Counted from the stretch's first letter, positions 36,843-46,732 are shown. The stretch: DNA of 64,000 bases from Candidatus Bathyarchaeota archaeon (GCA_963815095.1 CAWFFH010000003.1:960001-1024000), one strand, 5' to 3'. The notes: a model not told the origin generated them from the letters alone. Numbers and translations: made by a program.

Positions 36843-37685
36843 TTGGCAGTTTTCGTAACTAAAGCAGACGGTTCCAAACAGTTATTTGATAAAGAAAAAA
36901 TAGTAAGGACCTGCCAACGAATTGGCGCAAATAGCGAGGTATCTATTCAAGTCGCGCAAGAAGTGGAAAAAAACCTCTACGAAGGCATAACAACCCAGAA
37001 AATCCTTCAAATAATTTTCACCTTAATGGGTGAACACAAACCCGCAGTCAAACACCTATTCGACCTAAAATATGGCATAAGCCTAATGGAACCTAAACCC
37101 GAATTCGAAGCCTTTGTCCGCGTTCTCTTAGCTCATAGCGGTTTTCAAGTTAAACCGAACACGATTCTGAGGGGATTGTGTGGGGAGCATGAGGTGGATG
37201 CAATAGCCACTAAAGATGGCTTAACTTATTTTGTGGAAGCAAAACATCATTTTAACTATCACACCCTGACGGGTCTTGACGAGAGTCGTATAGCTCGAGC
37301 AATCATAGAAGACGTGACAGAAGGCTACGCAAGTGATGCAGCAAAAATCAAAATTGATCGCGCAATGATAGTTACCAACACCCGATACTCCGAGCATGCC
37401 ATAAACTATGGTCGTTGCCGTGGTATTTTTCAGGTGGGGTGGGCTTCTCCTGAAGGTTTTGGTTTAAGAGAGGTAGTGGAGAAACATAAGTTGTATCCTT
37501 TAAGTTGTCTTCGAGGGGTTAGTACGGAAACGAGGCTGCGTCTGGTTGAGGCGGGAATTGTGCTCATAAAGCAGTTGTTGGAACAGGATAGCAGATATAT
37601 TGAAAGGAAAATCGGGTTATCGAACGAAGTTGTTTTGTCTATAATGGAGAAAGCCAGACACACAACAGAAACAATATGGTATTAG
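36843..37685 (+). CDS. ATP-cone plus Mrr-like PD-(D/E)xK restriction endonuclease domain protein
   Basis: VTKADGSKQLFDKEKI (ATP cone); FEAFV..EVDAIA..VEAKHH; IVTNT; LYPL. Confidence 0.85.
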   Translation: MAVFVTKADGSKQLFDKEKIVRTCQRIGANSEVSIQVAQEVEKNLYEGITTQKILQIIFTLMGEHKPAVKHLFDLKYGISLMEPKPEFEAFVRVLLAHSGFQVKPNTILRGLCGEHEVDAIATKDGLTYFVEAKHHFNYHTLTGLDESRIARAIIEDVTEGYASDAAKIKIDRAMIVTNTRYSEHAINYGRCRGIFQVGWASPEGFGLREVVEKHKLYPLSCLRGVSTETRLRLVEAGIVLIKQLLEQDSRYIERKIGLSNEVVLSIMEKARHTTETIWY

Positions 37686-37722
37686 GCTTTGAGTGGTTTG
37701 GAGATATCGCCCGAAGAATTCC

Positions 37723-38310
37723 TTTTGTTTTCTTTGTGTGGGTGTGGGGCGATAATATGGCACATTACCCTTTGGGGTTTGGTTTTTTTTACCTGTTGTG
37801 ATGCAACAGAGGACATGATTGCCATTTTGAGGGTATGGTTGGGTAAATGTGTTTTTTTGGGTTTTTGTGTGTGACAAAAAGTTGTGTTTTGATATGTGAA
37901 GTTTTATGTTTTGTTTGGTGAAATATGGCGGATTGTTCCAATTTAAGATGAATATGTATGTTGCAAATGGGGTTTAGGTTGGGTGATATGGCTGGTTTGT
38001 GGCGGTTTTTGGTAAATCGGTTGTGTTTGGGGTTTTTTCGGTTCCCTATTTTGATGTTTTTTGGCTTATTCTGCCCTGTTTTGGAGCTGTTTTGTCGTAT
38101 CTGGGAGAGTTTCTTACTTAAAAAAGCATAGCGTTGGGCTGAGTATCGGCGAGTAGATAGGTGTGTTAAGAGTTTGGAGCAGACCGCGTGAGAGGGATAG
38201 CGGTTGAGGGCTTGGAGTTCTGGTTTGCGGGGTGGATTGGTTCACACAGTAATGTTGGTTTGTATGTTGGGCTGTGTGGGTGTTGTGTGGAGGGATGTTG
38301 GGTTTTCTAT
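37723..38310. repeat. ~600-bp non-coding dispersed element, copy 2 (inverted; G/T-rich on +)
   Basis: Reverse complement aligns with 6646-7245, with scattered substitutions and short indels. Confidence 0.9.
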
Positions 38311-38317
38311 TCCTGTG

Positions 38318-38412
38318 CCATGTGGAGCAGCCTGATAAACTGCAAAAACGGCAAGCGTGACGGAAAGGTCAGTGCTACTTTTGCCGTGACTGTGGCTATA
38401 TGTTTTCTGAGG
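38318..38412 (+). pseudogene. Zn-ribbon relic resembling an integrase N-terminus
   Basis: Broken frames read PCG../NCKNGKRDGK/QCYFCRDCGYMFSE, similar to the relic at 39796. Confidence 0.55.
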
Positions 38413-38491
38413 GCTCCACAAAAAGCTATTTCTAAGTTGACTAAACAATTACCCACTTAGAAAGAAGAAAATGTATGCTTGAGTTATTAAA

Positions 38492-38716
38492 TCAATATTT
38501 TTCCATTACTTTTCTAGTTGCGATTTCAATATCTTCCACTTTAATGGTTTTTCTTCGGGCATGAATGGAATAATCACGTGCTTCTTTAGCAATTTTAACG
38601 CCAATTTCCTCGAGAACTTTTGCAAGTAACTCCGCTGCTTCTTCACTCACTCTTTCTGCTCCTGCTTTCTTACATAATCTGTGCATTGGAGCCACGGCTA
38701 TTTCTAATTCGTTCAT
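38492..38716 (-). CDS. Archaeal histone (HMf-type, no N-terminal tail)
   Basis: [31 protein letters not shown]. Confidence 0.95.
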   Translation of the reverse strand: MNELEIAVAPMHRLCKKAGAERVSEEAAELLAKVLEEIGVKIAKEARDYSIHARRKTIKVEDIEIATRKVMEKY

Positions 38717-38840
38717 ATCGACTTTCTCCGCAGTCTCTTTTTATTTTTAAGTCAATATTAAGCTTTGTTATCTATTTCATCATTTTTTAGCAAATTATAA
38801 ATACTAATAGCCACATAAATTGAATCCCGAGGTTATTTTA

Positions 38841-38897
38841 ATGGCAAAGAAACCAGTTAAGAAAGTAGCAAAGAAAGCCCCAGCAAAGAAAAAGTAA
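38841..38897 (+). CDS. Lys/Ala/Pro-rich micropeptide, 18 aa (MAKKPVKKVAKKAPAKKK)
   Basis: TTATAAAT TATA at about 38795, GAGGT RBS at 38829, T-tract terminator at about 38928-38940; divergent from the histone. Confidence 0.7.
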   Translation: MAKKPVKKVAKKAPAKKK

Positions 38898-39254
38898 ACC
38901 CTCGGCAAAGGCATAGTTACCTCTCTATTTTTCTTTTTTTACTCAATAAAATGATCTTTCTTCGGCAAACTTGATGGCACTTCAAAAAATTCACCCTTGA
39001 TAAGTCACCGAATTTGAAGGCGATAAAATCTTTGAAAACGTAAATAACCAACAACCACCCGATGACAGGATTTGTTAAAGGATGTTAAGTGATCTGGGGG
39101 GGATTTGAACCCCTGCCAGAGTGGAGATATCACCCGCAAAACCCCTTTTTTTCAGGTTATGGCTGGAACAAAAATCGCTCCGCATCTCTCATAATGCGTT
39201 TGGCTCGAATTGTGTAATTTGCTGATAAAAATACGGGATTCTACTTTTTGCGGT

Positions 39255-39686
39255 TTAACCTACGATCTGAGTCATGTCTTTGATGATTCCTTTTTCTACT
39301 TCAATGGTCCACAGCATTTCGGGTACGTCAACGATGAGAAATAGGCCGACTGTTAAGATGGATTCGATCGAGGCCACTGCTAGGTTCTGGATGAATTTGC
39401 CTATGCCTATATGAATTGCGAAATTGTTGGGCTGACCCGATATTAGGATGGTGAACGCTCTATTCGCATCGATGATGCCCCGTAAAACTCCAGCTTTCTG
39501 CGCTTGTATGATTATGCCCATAGGATTATTGGTTGACTGTGTTTTATAGCCTTCGGATGATAGTTTCTGAATGATTTGTTGTGATAATTGATTTAAATCC
39601 TTATTTTTTCCTTCAAAATGGATTACTTTCTCAGATACTACATCGTCATGGCCATCAAAATGGAGTGGTATATCGTCATTTGACAA
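39255..39686 (-). CDS. Hypothetical protein (cargo of the tRNA-Ala element)
   Basis: 143 aa; GAGGT RBS. Confidence 0.7.
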   Translation of the reverse strand: MSNDDIPLHFDGHDDVVSEKVIHFEGKNKDLNQLSQQIIQKLSSEGYKTQSTNNPMGIIIQAQKAGVLRGIIDANRAFTILISGQPNNFAIHIGIGKFIQNLAVASIESILTVGLFLIVDVPEMLWTIEVEKGIIKDMTQIVG

Positions 39687-39795
39687 ACTAAAAACCTCAA
39701 GATCATATTAGAACGGCGACTAATTAAGAGTTTTTAAAAAAAAAGTCATTATCGACGAACTTGAATTCTGAAGAATTGGAACGCGCTAAAAGTCT

Positions 39796-40032
39796 GTGAC
39801 AGGTCCAGAGTGCGGCAGGCAAAGAAACTGCAAAGACGGAAAAAGGCAAACCCGTCTCGGGAAAATTCAGTGCTACCTGTGCAGCGAGTGCGGCTACAGG
39901 CCTCCATTTTCGTCATGTCTAACTTACATCAGACCTGAAGAAATATGAATTACCTAAAACAAACTTGTAGAAGCAGGATTTGCTTTTGTATGTGACTTCG
40001 GTGCTAACAAGATTTTCAAAAAACACAAGTAA
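39796..40032 (+). pseudogene. Internally deleted tyrosine-integrase relic (N-terminal Zn ribbon joined to C-terminal tail)
   Basis: One frame: PECGRQRNCKDGKRQTRLGKIQCYLCSECGY..*..*..KLVEAGFAFVCDFGANKIFKKHK*. Both ends resemble, from recall, Bathyarchaeia Zn-finger integrases; it ends 40 nt from the tRNA 3' end. Confidence 0.6.
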
Positions 40033-40072
40033 CTTTCAAGGGGACCAGGAATCAGTTAAAAAGATGTATCAG

Positions 40073-40146
40073 TGGACTGGGGGGGATTTGAACCCCCGAC
40101 CTCTTGAGTGCAAGTCAAGCGTTCATGCCAGCTGAACTACCAGCCC
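40073..40146 (-). tRNA. tRNA-Ala(TGC)
   Basis: Acceptor GGGCTGG/CCAGTCC with G3:U70; anticodon arm CTTGA-CTTGCAC-TCAAG; T arm GGGGG-TTCAAAT-CCCCC. Confidence 0.97.
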
Positions 40147-40258
40147 ACGGCTTGCACTTCCCGAATCAGATACGGTTCCTTGATATTTAGCTTTTGCCAG
40201 AACGGATGAATTGCTTAAAACGTTATATCCCCAAAATCCATAACATTAACCTTGAGGC

Positions 40259-40750
40259 TTGAAGTTGGATTTAAAAACAGTGAAAATTGACCCGCCCAAA
40301 GACTGCAACACCATTCTTGGTATGGCACATTTTATAAAAACTGCCGAAGACCTCTACGAAGCCCTTGTCAATTCTGTGCCAAACATCCAATTTGGTTTGG
40401 GCTTCTGCGAAAGTTCCGGTCCATGCCTTGTACGTCATGAAGGAAATGACGTGGAACTGAGGCGTTTGGCGGCGGAGAAGGCGTTTGAAATCGGCTGCGG
40501 CCACAGTTTTTTGATATTCTTAAGGAACGCTTATCCATTGAATGTTTTAGATAAAATTAAGAAGGTGCCTGAAGTCTGCACTGTTTATGCGGCTACTGCT
40601 AACCCGATAGAAGTTATAGTCGCCGAAACCTCTCAGGGTAGAGGCATCATAGGCGTAGTCGACGGATTGAAAAGTAAGGGCATAGAAACCGACTCAGACA
40701 TCGTTGAAAGAAGGCAGTTTCTGCGGAAAATCGGCTACAAACTCAAGTAA
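40259..40750 (+). CDS. DUF355 / adenosine-specific kinase family protein
   Basis: [36 protein letters not shown]. Confidence 0.9.
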   Translation: MKLDLKTVKIDPPKDCNTILGMAHFIKTAEDLYEALVNSVPNIQFGLGFCESSGPCLVRHEGNDVELRRLAAEKAFEIGCGHSFLIFLRNAYPLNVLDKIKKVPEVCTVYAATANPIEVIVAETSQGRGIIGVVDGLKSKGIETDSDIVERRQFLRKIGYKLK

Positions 40751-40816
40751 ACGCCACCATAAACTATTTTAGTTCACTTAGGAATCAACCCTTAACAGAC
40801 TTAGCGATGTGTTTTT

Positions 40817-41671
40817 ATGGCTTTAGAGAGAAACATGGCTCAAATTGAAGCTTACCGAAAACAGGAATCTGTGCAACAACAGAACCTAAAAGAAAAGATG
40901 GGCAAGATAAAACATAAAATCGCCATAATAAGTGGCAAAGGCGGAGTTGGAAAAAGCACCGTTACAGTGAATCTTGCAACGGCTTTTGCAATGCAGGGCA
41001 AACGAGTTGGTGTTTTGGATGCGGATATTCATGGACCGAGCGTCCCAAGGCTTCTGGGTTTAGAGGGGCAACATGTTGAGAGTAGCTCGACGGGTGCAAT
41101 TCCTGTTGCTGGTCCTTTAGGTATGAAGGTTATGTCTATTGATTTCTTTATGTCTGAGCAAACCCCAGCAATTTGGCGTGGCCCCCTAAAGATGCGGGCA
41201 ATTCGACAGTTCTTATCAGATGTCGATTGGGGAGAACTTGATTTCCTCTTCATCGATTTGCCACCTGGAACGGGTGACGAACCCTTAAGCATAGCTCAAC
41301 TTCTACCCGACATCGACGGCGTAGTCATCGTAACAATGCCATCTGAACTATCAAGCTCAATTGTAAAGAAAGCAATCACCTTCGCTGAAAGACTAAAAAT
41401 GCCAATTATTGGCGTAGTAGAAAACATGAGCGGTTTTATATGTCCCCATTGCGGAACGAAAACTGAGATTTTCCAATCAGGCGGCGGCAAAAAAATGGCT
41501 CAAGAAATGGCTGTAGAATTTCTTGGCAGCATTCCCATTGACCCAACCGTCGGCGTTGATTCTGATAAGGGTACACCATTTGTGCTTTCGCATAAGGATT
41601 CAGTTGCGGCTAAGACATTCATGGACATAGTGCTGAAAGTTCAAGACAAATTAAATAAAAACCAACACTAA
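40817..41671 (+). CDS. mrp: Mrp/NBP35 (ApbC) Fe-S cluster carrier ATPase
   Basis: SGKGGVGKS, WRGP, DLPPGTGD, ENMS..CPHC. Confidence 0.95.
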   Translation: MALERNMAQIEAYRKQESVQQQNLKEKMGKIKHKIAIISGKGGVGKSTVTVNLATAFAMQGKRVGVLDADIHGPSVPRLLGLEGQHVESSSTGAIPVAGPLGMKVMSIDFFMSEQTPAIWRGPLKMRAIRQFLSDVDWGELDFLFIDLPPGTGDEPLSIAQLLPDIDGVVIVTMPSELSSSIVKKAITFAERLKMPIIGVVENMSGFICPHCGTKTEIFQSGGGKKMAQEMAVEFLGSIPIDPTVGVDSDKGTPFVLSHKDSVAAKTFMDIVLKVQDKLNKNQH

Positions 41672-41840
41672 ACCCTTTTTTTGTTATGCCAGCTTTTTTC
41701 TTGGTTTATTCTTTCAAACAAGCCAATGAATTATAAGACTTTCAATAAAAACCAAAAGCGGATATTTATTTAAAAGGAATAAAAGTAAAAAGATTGGAGA
41801 GCTTAAAACTCCCAGGTTTAATTTTTTTGTCCGTAGTTCA

Positions 41841-42131
41841 TTACTCTTTTGTAAGAGTAATTTCTATGGTTGAAACCATCCTGGACCTATTTTCGCCTTC
41901 GCGTGGTGGCATTTCTGCAGTGCCGATTGCGATCTTTGTCACTTTGAGGTCTTTTATGAAGCGGCTTCGTGTAATTTCTGCTACGTCAACTGCTGTGGTG
42001 ATTGCTTGTCCTCGGGCTTTTAGGGTAATTTCTTTACCTATGCCTGAAGAGAATGCGGTTATGATGGCGAGTACATAGCTCATTGGTGGTTTATTTCCGA
42101 CGAATATAACGTCACTAGCTTTTTCTGTCAT
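41841..42131 (-). CDS. albA: DNA/RNA-binding protein Alba (copy B)
   Basis: IFVGNKPPMSYVLA..KARGQAITTAVDVAEI..VSTIEITL. Confidence 0.95.
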   Translation of the reverse strand: MTEKASDVIFVGNKPPMSYVLAIITAFSSGIGKEITLKARGQAITTAVDVAEITRSRFIKDLKVTKIAIGTAEMPPREGENRSRMVSTIEITLTKE

Positions 42132-42425
42132 ATCATATCACTCCTTTTTTTAGTTGTTTTTTCGCGATTAAGTAACGTTCTTTGCCTTTTCAGGCTGGGA
42201 ACGTTAACCCAAGATTATGCAAAACTTCCTAATAAACCAAATTCAGCAATCCGATATCCACATAAACGCTAAATCGCGGAGAATTAAACGTGGAATTGCT
42301 TCTCCATAACTTAATCATCTGTTTTTCAGTTAAAACCATGTCTTTCTTTACTTAGCAATAGAAAAAACGCTATAGTTTTATACCTCAACTTTGAAGGGAA
42401 GGTACAGTTAGAGAGGGATTATTTC

Positions 42426-43196
42426 ATGTCCGTGTCGCCTGGTCTAAGAGAAGTTTTAGCAAGAAGAATTGCTGGAGAAATAATTCTTTCAAGCAACCCA
42501 GGCTCAACTATGAAGAAGTGGCGCGAACTCTTCGGTCTTTCCCAAATCAACCTCTCAGACGCCATGGGCCTCTCATCTTCAGTCATAAGTGACTATGAGA
42601 GTGGTAGAAGAAAAAGCCCAGGCTCCAAGTTCATACGACGCTTCGTGCTGTCGCTTTTGCATATTGACGAAGGCAAAGGCAGCCGATTCATCCGGGAATT
42701 CGCTAAACTAACCAGTTCACCCAGCATGGCAGTTGTGGATCTCAGAGAATTTCCTATCCCAGTCAGAGTCGAGTACCTGTGCAAAGCTATCGGCGGGGAA
42801 GTTGTGGCTTGCAAAGAAAAATTCGTTAAAGAAGTCAATGGCTATACAGTAATTGATAGCAGAAAAGCAGTTGAAGCGTATTCTGGAGCAGAGTACGCGC
42901 AGCTTTTTGGCGCCTCAACCGAGAGGGCACTGATTTTCACTAGCATAGAAACGGGTTGTTTGCCCATGATGATCGTTCGCGTTAGCAGCCTCAAACCACG
43001 CGTCATTGTATTCCACAAGATGGTTCCCGATGAAGAAGCTTTACGAATAGCAGAGTACGAGCAAATACCTCTAATCTATTCAACTTCGCCAACTTTGGAG
43101 CAACTGGTGAAGTCTTTACGTAAACTATACCGTATAGCATTGCGGGTGAAACTTGGCAGGCGTCTAGTGCGTCCTCCACCAAAAATAAGCGCTTAA
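42426..43196 (+). CDS. XRE-type HTH transcriptional regulator (conserved archaeal family)
   Basis: RRIAGEIILS..KKWRELFG..SDYESGRRKSPG; ERALIFT. Confidence 0.88.
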   Translation: MSVSPGLREVLARRIAGEIILSSNPGSTMKKWRELFGLSQINLSDAMGLSSSVISDYESGRRKSPGSKFIRRFVLSLLHIDEGKGSRFIREFAKLTSSPSMAVVDLREFPIPVRVEYLCKAIGGEVVACKEKFVKEVNGYTVIDSRKAVEAYSGAEYAQLFGASTERALIFTSIETGCLPMMIVRVSSLKPRVIVFHKMVPDEEALRIAEYEQIPLIYSTSPTLEQLVKSLRKLYRIALRVKLGRRLVRPPPKISA

Positions 43197-43350
43197 AAAT
43201 GTTGAGAATTCGTTGCAGATTGGTTTTGGTGCGCTAGCTTATCCTTAAATTGAAAGCTTATAACTAGAAACGGGTTCTCGTGTCATTGAGAACCAAAATT
43301 GCCCACGTACTTCAACACGTAATTTTTGGGACAAAGCGGCGCTATGCGCG

Positions 43351-43746
43351 CTACTTCCATTCCCAAACCTTCAAGTGGAAGTTACCTGTTTCGTCGACGT
43401 CCAGCTCCCAGACTCCCGGCACGTTATTTAGCCTTGCAAATTTAGGCGAGGAAGTCTGCCAGATAACTCCACCCCGCCAACTCGCCTTGAGACCACTTCC
43501 GGTAGGTCGCCCCCTTCCATGAGCGTTCACACCTACAATATCCCCATCCTTGATTGTGCAGATTCCGTTGAACTCTGCAATCAAGGTTCCTCCCTGCGGT
43601 GTTGCGACGCCTGTATAGATAGATGAATAGTCTACACCGAACAATTTGCCCGTGCCCTGATATGTCGCTTCTACTCTTCCGTCGGGGAGTACCCTAATTC
43701 CTGCTAATTTTCCAGTTTCTTCAAAAGCTAAATCTCCTAGAACCAT
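43351..43746 (-). CDS. Hypothetical beta-barrel protein
   Basis: 131 aa; GGAG RBS; ends in VWEWK. Confidence 0.7.
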   Translation of the reverse strand: MVLGDLAFEETGKLAGIRVLPDGRVEATYQGTGKLFGVDYSSIYTGVATPQGGTLIAEFNGICTIKDGDIVGVNAHGRGRPTGSGLKASWRGGVIWQTSSPKFARLNNVPGVWELDVDETGNFHLKVWEWK

Positions 43747-44034
43747 GTGATTAATCTCCTAAAAGTATATTATTATTGAGTCTGTGACTGATATTTATAT
43801 TTTATCTGTTCTGGTCGAATCTTTAGCCTCAGTCAAATGGAAGATTGTTGTTAAATTTTAAGCCGTATGCTCTACTGAATTTCGGGATAAACCAGCGCGC
43901 TAATGGATTGAAAAAGTGCCAGCAGACCTCCTCTAATCGTTTATGCTCAGTTTGACTGTAGGATCCAAAATATGTCGATTTTGCTCAAAGACCTTATTAC
44001 CCAGAAACCCATTTTTCCCTATTTGTGATTTGAA

Positions 44035-44220
44035 ATGTGCGAATTTAACATAATCCTAAACGGAATAGTCCAATTCAAAGACGTCATCTACATCAAAGTG
44101 GAAGGCGACAATGTCACAGTCAAGAACATTATGGGTGAAGCTAAAGAGTTCAAAGGCTACAAAATCGTTGAAGTTGACGTTCCCAACACAAGACTTGTCC
44201 TCTCTGCTCTAAAACAGTAG
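44035..44220 (+). CDS. CooT-family nickel-binding protein
   Basis: MCE N-terminus; DVIYIKVEGD..IMGE..IVEVD. Confidence 0.75.
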   Translation: MCEFNIILNGIVQFKDVIYIKVEGDNVTVKNIMGEAKEFKGYKIVEVDVPNTRLVLSALKQ

Positions 44221-44504
44221 CTTGATATTAGCTAAAGATTTGCCTGCATTTTTTTGTGTATTTAAGATTACTTATACATAGAGGTTTCAATTTTTCTCCA
44301 GTGGAAATGAGGGGTTAAACATAAATTACTTAAAAAACCATGGAGAAAACATAGGCAACTCACGCAATGGAGCAATTTACGGCAAAAAGCCAAATGGCTC
44401 ATTACCGAACTATGGATTTGTTTTTTTCAGGATTTATATATCCAAAGATGTCTAGTTAATGCAATGACAAGTCGCGTCGCCAACTGTTTTGGCAAGGAAA
44501 CAAA

Positions 44505-45185
44505 ATGAGTAACAGGCTAAAATTTGAACAAGACCTAACTTTTCTTTTGTCTAGGTTAACCATTGATGCCCCGCCAGAAGTTGAAAACAAACTTAACATG
44601 CTAAAAGATTGGTTAATCAAACTTCAAAAAGAAAATGTCGTAAAAATTAACCACACTGTAATGGAACTGGTTTTGGCCAAATACCTCATCCAGAAGGGTT
44701 ACGAAATTCAACTTGAATATCCTTTAAGCGAGCTCTTAACCTGCGACTTGTATGGCATAAAGGGTTTGGGAAATCTGATTGTGGAAATAGAAACAGGCTT
44801 TATCCCTCCTGAAAATGCTTTAGCTCCTTTGACTTACACGACTGCAAGGTTAGCGAGTAAAATTATCCGGTATAGCAGTTTCGCAGGAAAATTTGCGTTA
44901 GGTGTCCCACCACACTACATCCTGCCTTTCCCTTCTACATTAGCTAAACCGCCGCGAAACCGCTCAGAACAAGAAATAGCTCAAATCAAAAAACTCTGCG
45001 ACACATACTACCGAAAACCCCCCGTTACACTTGAGGAAATCCGAAACGCACGCATACAAGACATTTACATTATTGACGTGGACCATGCAGAAGTGCTGGA
45101 AATAGATCCTGAAGCGTACCTCAAAAGAGCAATGCAGAAAGGCATAGTTTACGATTACATTCAGCCGGATCTCAAGGAGCTTTGA
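44505..45185 (+). CDS. Conserved hypothetical protein, PD-(D/E)xK-like
   Basis: CDLYG..IVEIETGF. Confidence 0.65.
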   Translation: MSNRLKFEQDLTFLLSRLTIDAPPEVENKLNMLKDWLIKLQKENVVKINHTVMELVLAKYLIQKGYEIQLEYPLSELLTCDLYGIKGLGNLIVEIETGFIPPENALAPLTYTTARLASKIIRYSSFAGKFALGVPPHYILPFPSTLAKPPRNRSEQEIAQIKKLCDTYYRKPPVTLEEIRNARIQDIYIIDVDHAEVLEIDPEAYLKRAMQKGIVYDYIQPDLKEL

Positions 45186-45191
45186 CACTGG

Positions 45192-45446
45192 ATGTCGTTC
45201 TACGTTTACATTCTGCTCTGTATGGATGGAAGCTTCTACACGGGTTACACCAAGGATTTGGATGAGCGGTTAAAGCAGCATGAAAACGGGAAAGGCGCAA
45301 AATACACCAAAGCTCATAAACCACAAAAAATCGCGTATGTGGAGCTTTTCGGTTCCAGAAGCAGCGCAATGAAGCGTGAGAGGGCAATAAAAAAGCTTAC
45401 CCACCAACAAAAGCGCGACTTAATTTGTTCTCAGAGCAAGAAATAA
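45192..45446 (+). CDS. GIY-YIG nuclease family protein
   Basis: YVYILLC..YTGYT..RLKQH..GAKYT..E..IK. Confidence 0.92.
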   Translation: MSFYVYILLCMDGSFYTGYTKDLDERLKQHENGKGAKYTKAHKPQKIAYVELFGSRSSAMKRERAIKKLTHQQKRDLICSQSKK

Positions 45447-45496
45447 TTTTTGTAGTGTCAGCTGTTTTGTGAAAAAAGAAGGCTCGGTTGCCGTTT

Positions 45497-46732
45497 TTAG
45501 ATGAGTAAAGTTAAGGCTGCACCAGTAATTATTGGAATCAGCACATTATCGTTTACTGGTAAAGGCAAGACTTCGATTGTCATGGCAATCGCTGCCCCAG
45601 CCAAAGCCAACCATGGCGAAACAAAGAATGTTCCAGCCAAAAACGCAAAGAAGAAACCAGCCAACGAACCTTCCCACGTCTTTCCTTTGTTAAATGGCAA
45701 GGAAGTGGAAATTAATCCTCCAAAAATCGAAGCTGCGCTGTCGCCTAAACAGAACATGGCAATCGCTGCTCCGGCTGCGTGAGTTGGAAACAAAAGTAAA
45801 GTCGTGACTATTCCAAAGGCAAAGTAAAGAGGTGATGCAGCAAAACCGTAAAGTTCAGACTGAGAAGCTGCATGACGCGTAATAGCTGAAACTAAAGTTA
45901 ATTCGCGCCCTTCTAAACGCCTAAGTTCGGAGACTGTATAGACGATGGCGATTAGGATGATTAATGCGGCGACAACAGGGACAGTGATTAACCCTGCAAT
46001 GACAGGCATAAAAAATCCTGCAGCATGAATGTCTTCTCTTACAAGATCATTTATCGACGGAAAAGATCGTTTATGCTTATCTCCGTCAATGACGTGTAAA
46101 ATGCTTGAAAGTTTACCATTAATTACTCTGTCAGCCTTGATGCGGAGTACAAAATCAGCGTTAAAACCAATTTTTAACACTTCAGGCGCGAAAATGCAAC
46201 GGTTGTTTCGGTCATCAGCGACAACCACGCAATCCTTTAGCTCCAAGTTTTCGGCGGCTAATATTTTGAGTAGAATTTTCAATTTCCCGGAAGGTTGAAT
46301 GGCGTCACCGTGTATCTGGCCTGTTAACTTTCCATCTTGGGTTTCAACGTCGATGCCGTAAGCGTATTCTGCACTTAAGCAATCGGCTAACTTTTTAACA
46401 ATGACTGTTGGTAACCCTGAACTAATTAAAGCAATCTTGCAGTTCCTCTTTTTTAGTTGATTAAAAATGCTTTTTAGAAAGGGCGTTGCAGGAATCTTGT
46501 CAAAGATGCACTCCAGGGTTTCAAGTTCTATGCCTTTTAGATTGCTGAAAACATGCTTTAATGCTGATTCGAGCTTTAAAATGCCTGCTTCATAAAGAAA
46601 ACCGAAGAAAAGAAGTTTAATTAGCTTAAATAACCCTAAAGTTTTGCCCAATTCAAAAATAAAGCGGTTTTTGGGGATGAGCACTCCTTCGACGTCGAAA
46701 ACTACAAGTCTGGGTTTTTCCGTTTGAGCCAT
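45497..46732 (-). CDS. HAD (SerB-like) phosphatase fused to a CTP-dependent dolichol/phytol kinase-like membrane domain
   Basis: FDVEGVL, ISSG, K, ADDRNN; C-half REDIH, GDSAASIFG, KTWEGS, NDNVLIP. Confidence 0.85.
   Translation of the reverse strand: MAQTEKPRLVVFDVEGVLIPKNRFIFELGKTLGLFKLIKLLFFGFLYEAGILKLESALKHVFSNLKGIELETLECIFDKIPATPFLKSIFNQLKKRNCKIALISSGLPTVIVKKLADCLSAEYAYGIDVETQDGKLTGQIHGDAIQPSGKLKILLKILAAENLELKDCVVVADDRNNRCIFAPEVLKIGFNADFVLRIKADRVINGKLSSILHVIDGDKHKRSFPSINDLVREDIHAAGFFMPVIAGLITVPVVAALIILIAIVYTVSELRRLEGRELTLVSAITRHAASQSELYGFAASPLYFAFGIVTTLLLFPTHAAGAAIAMFCLGDSAASIFGGLISTSLPFNKGKTWEGSLAGFFFAFLAGTFFVSPWLALAGAAIAMTIEVLPLPVNDNVLIPIITGAALTLLI

Larger units (their letters stand above)
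39094..40096. mobile_element. Degenerate ~1-kb mini integrative element at tRNA-Ala
   Basis: 20-bp direct repeat ctgggggggatttgaacccc at 39094-39113 and 40077-40096 (tRNA 3' end) encloses one cargo gene and an integrase relic. Confidence 0.75.
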
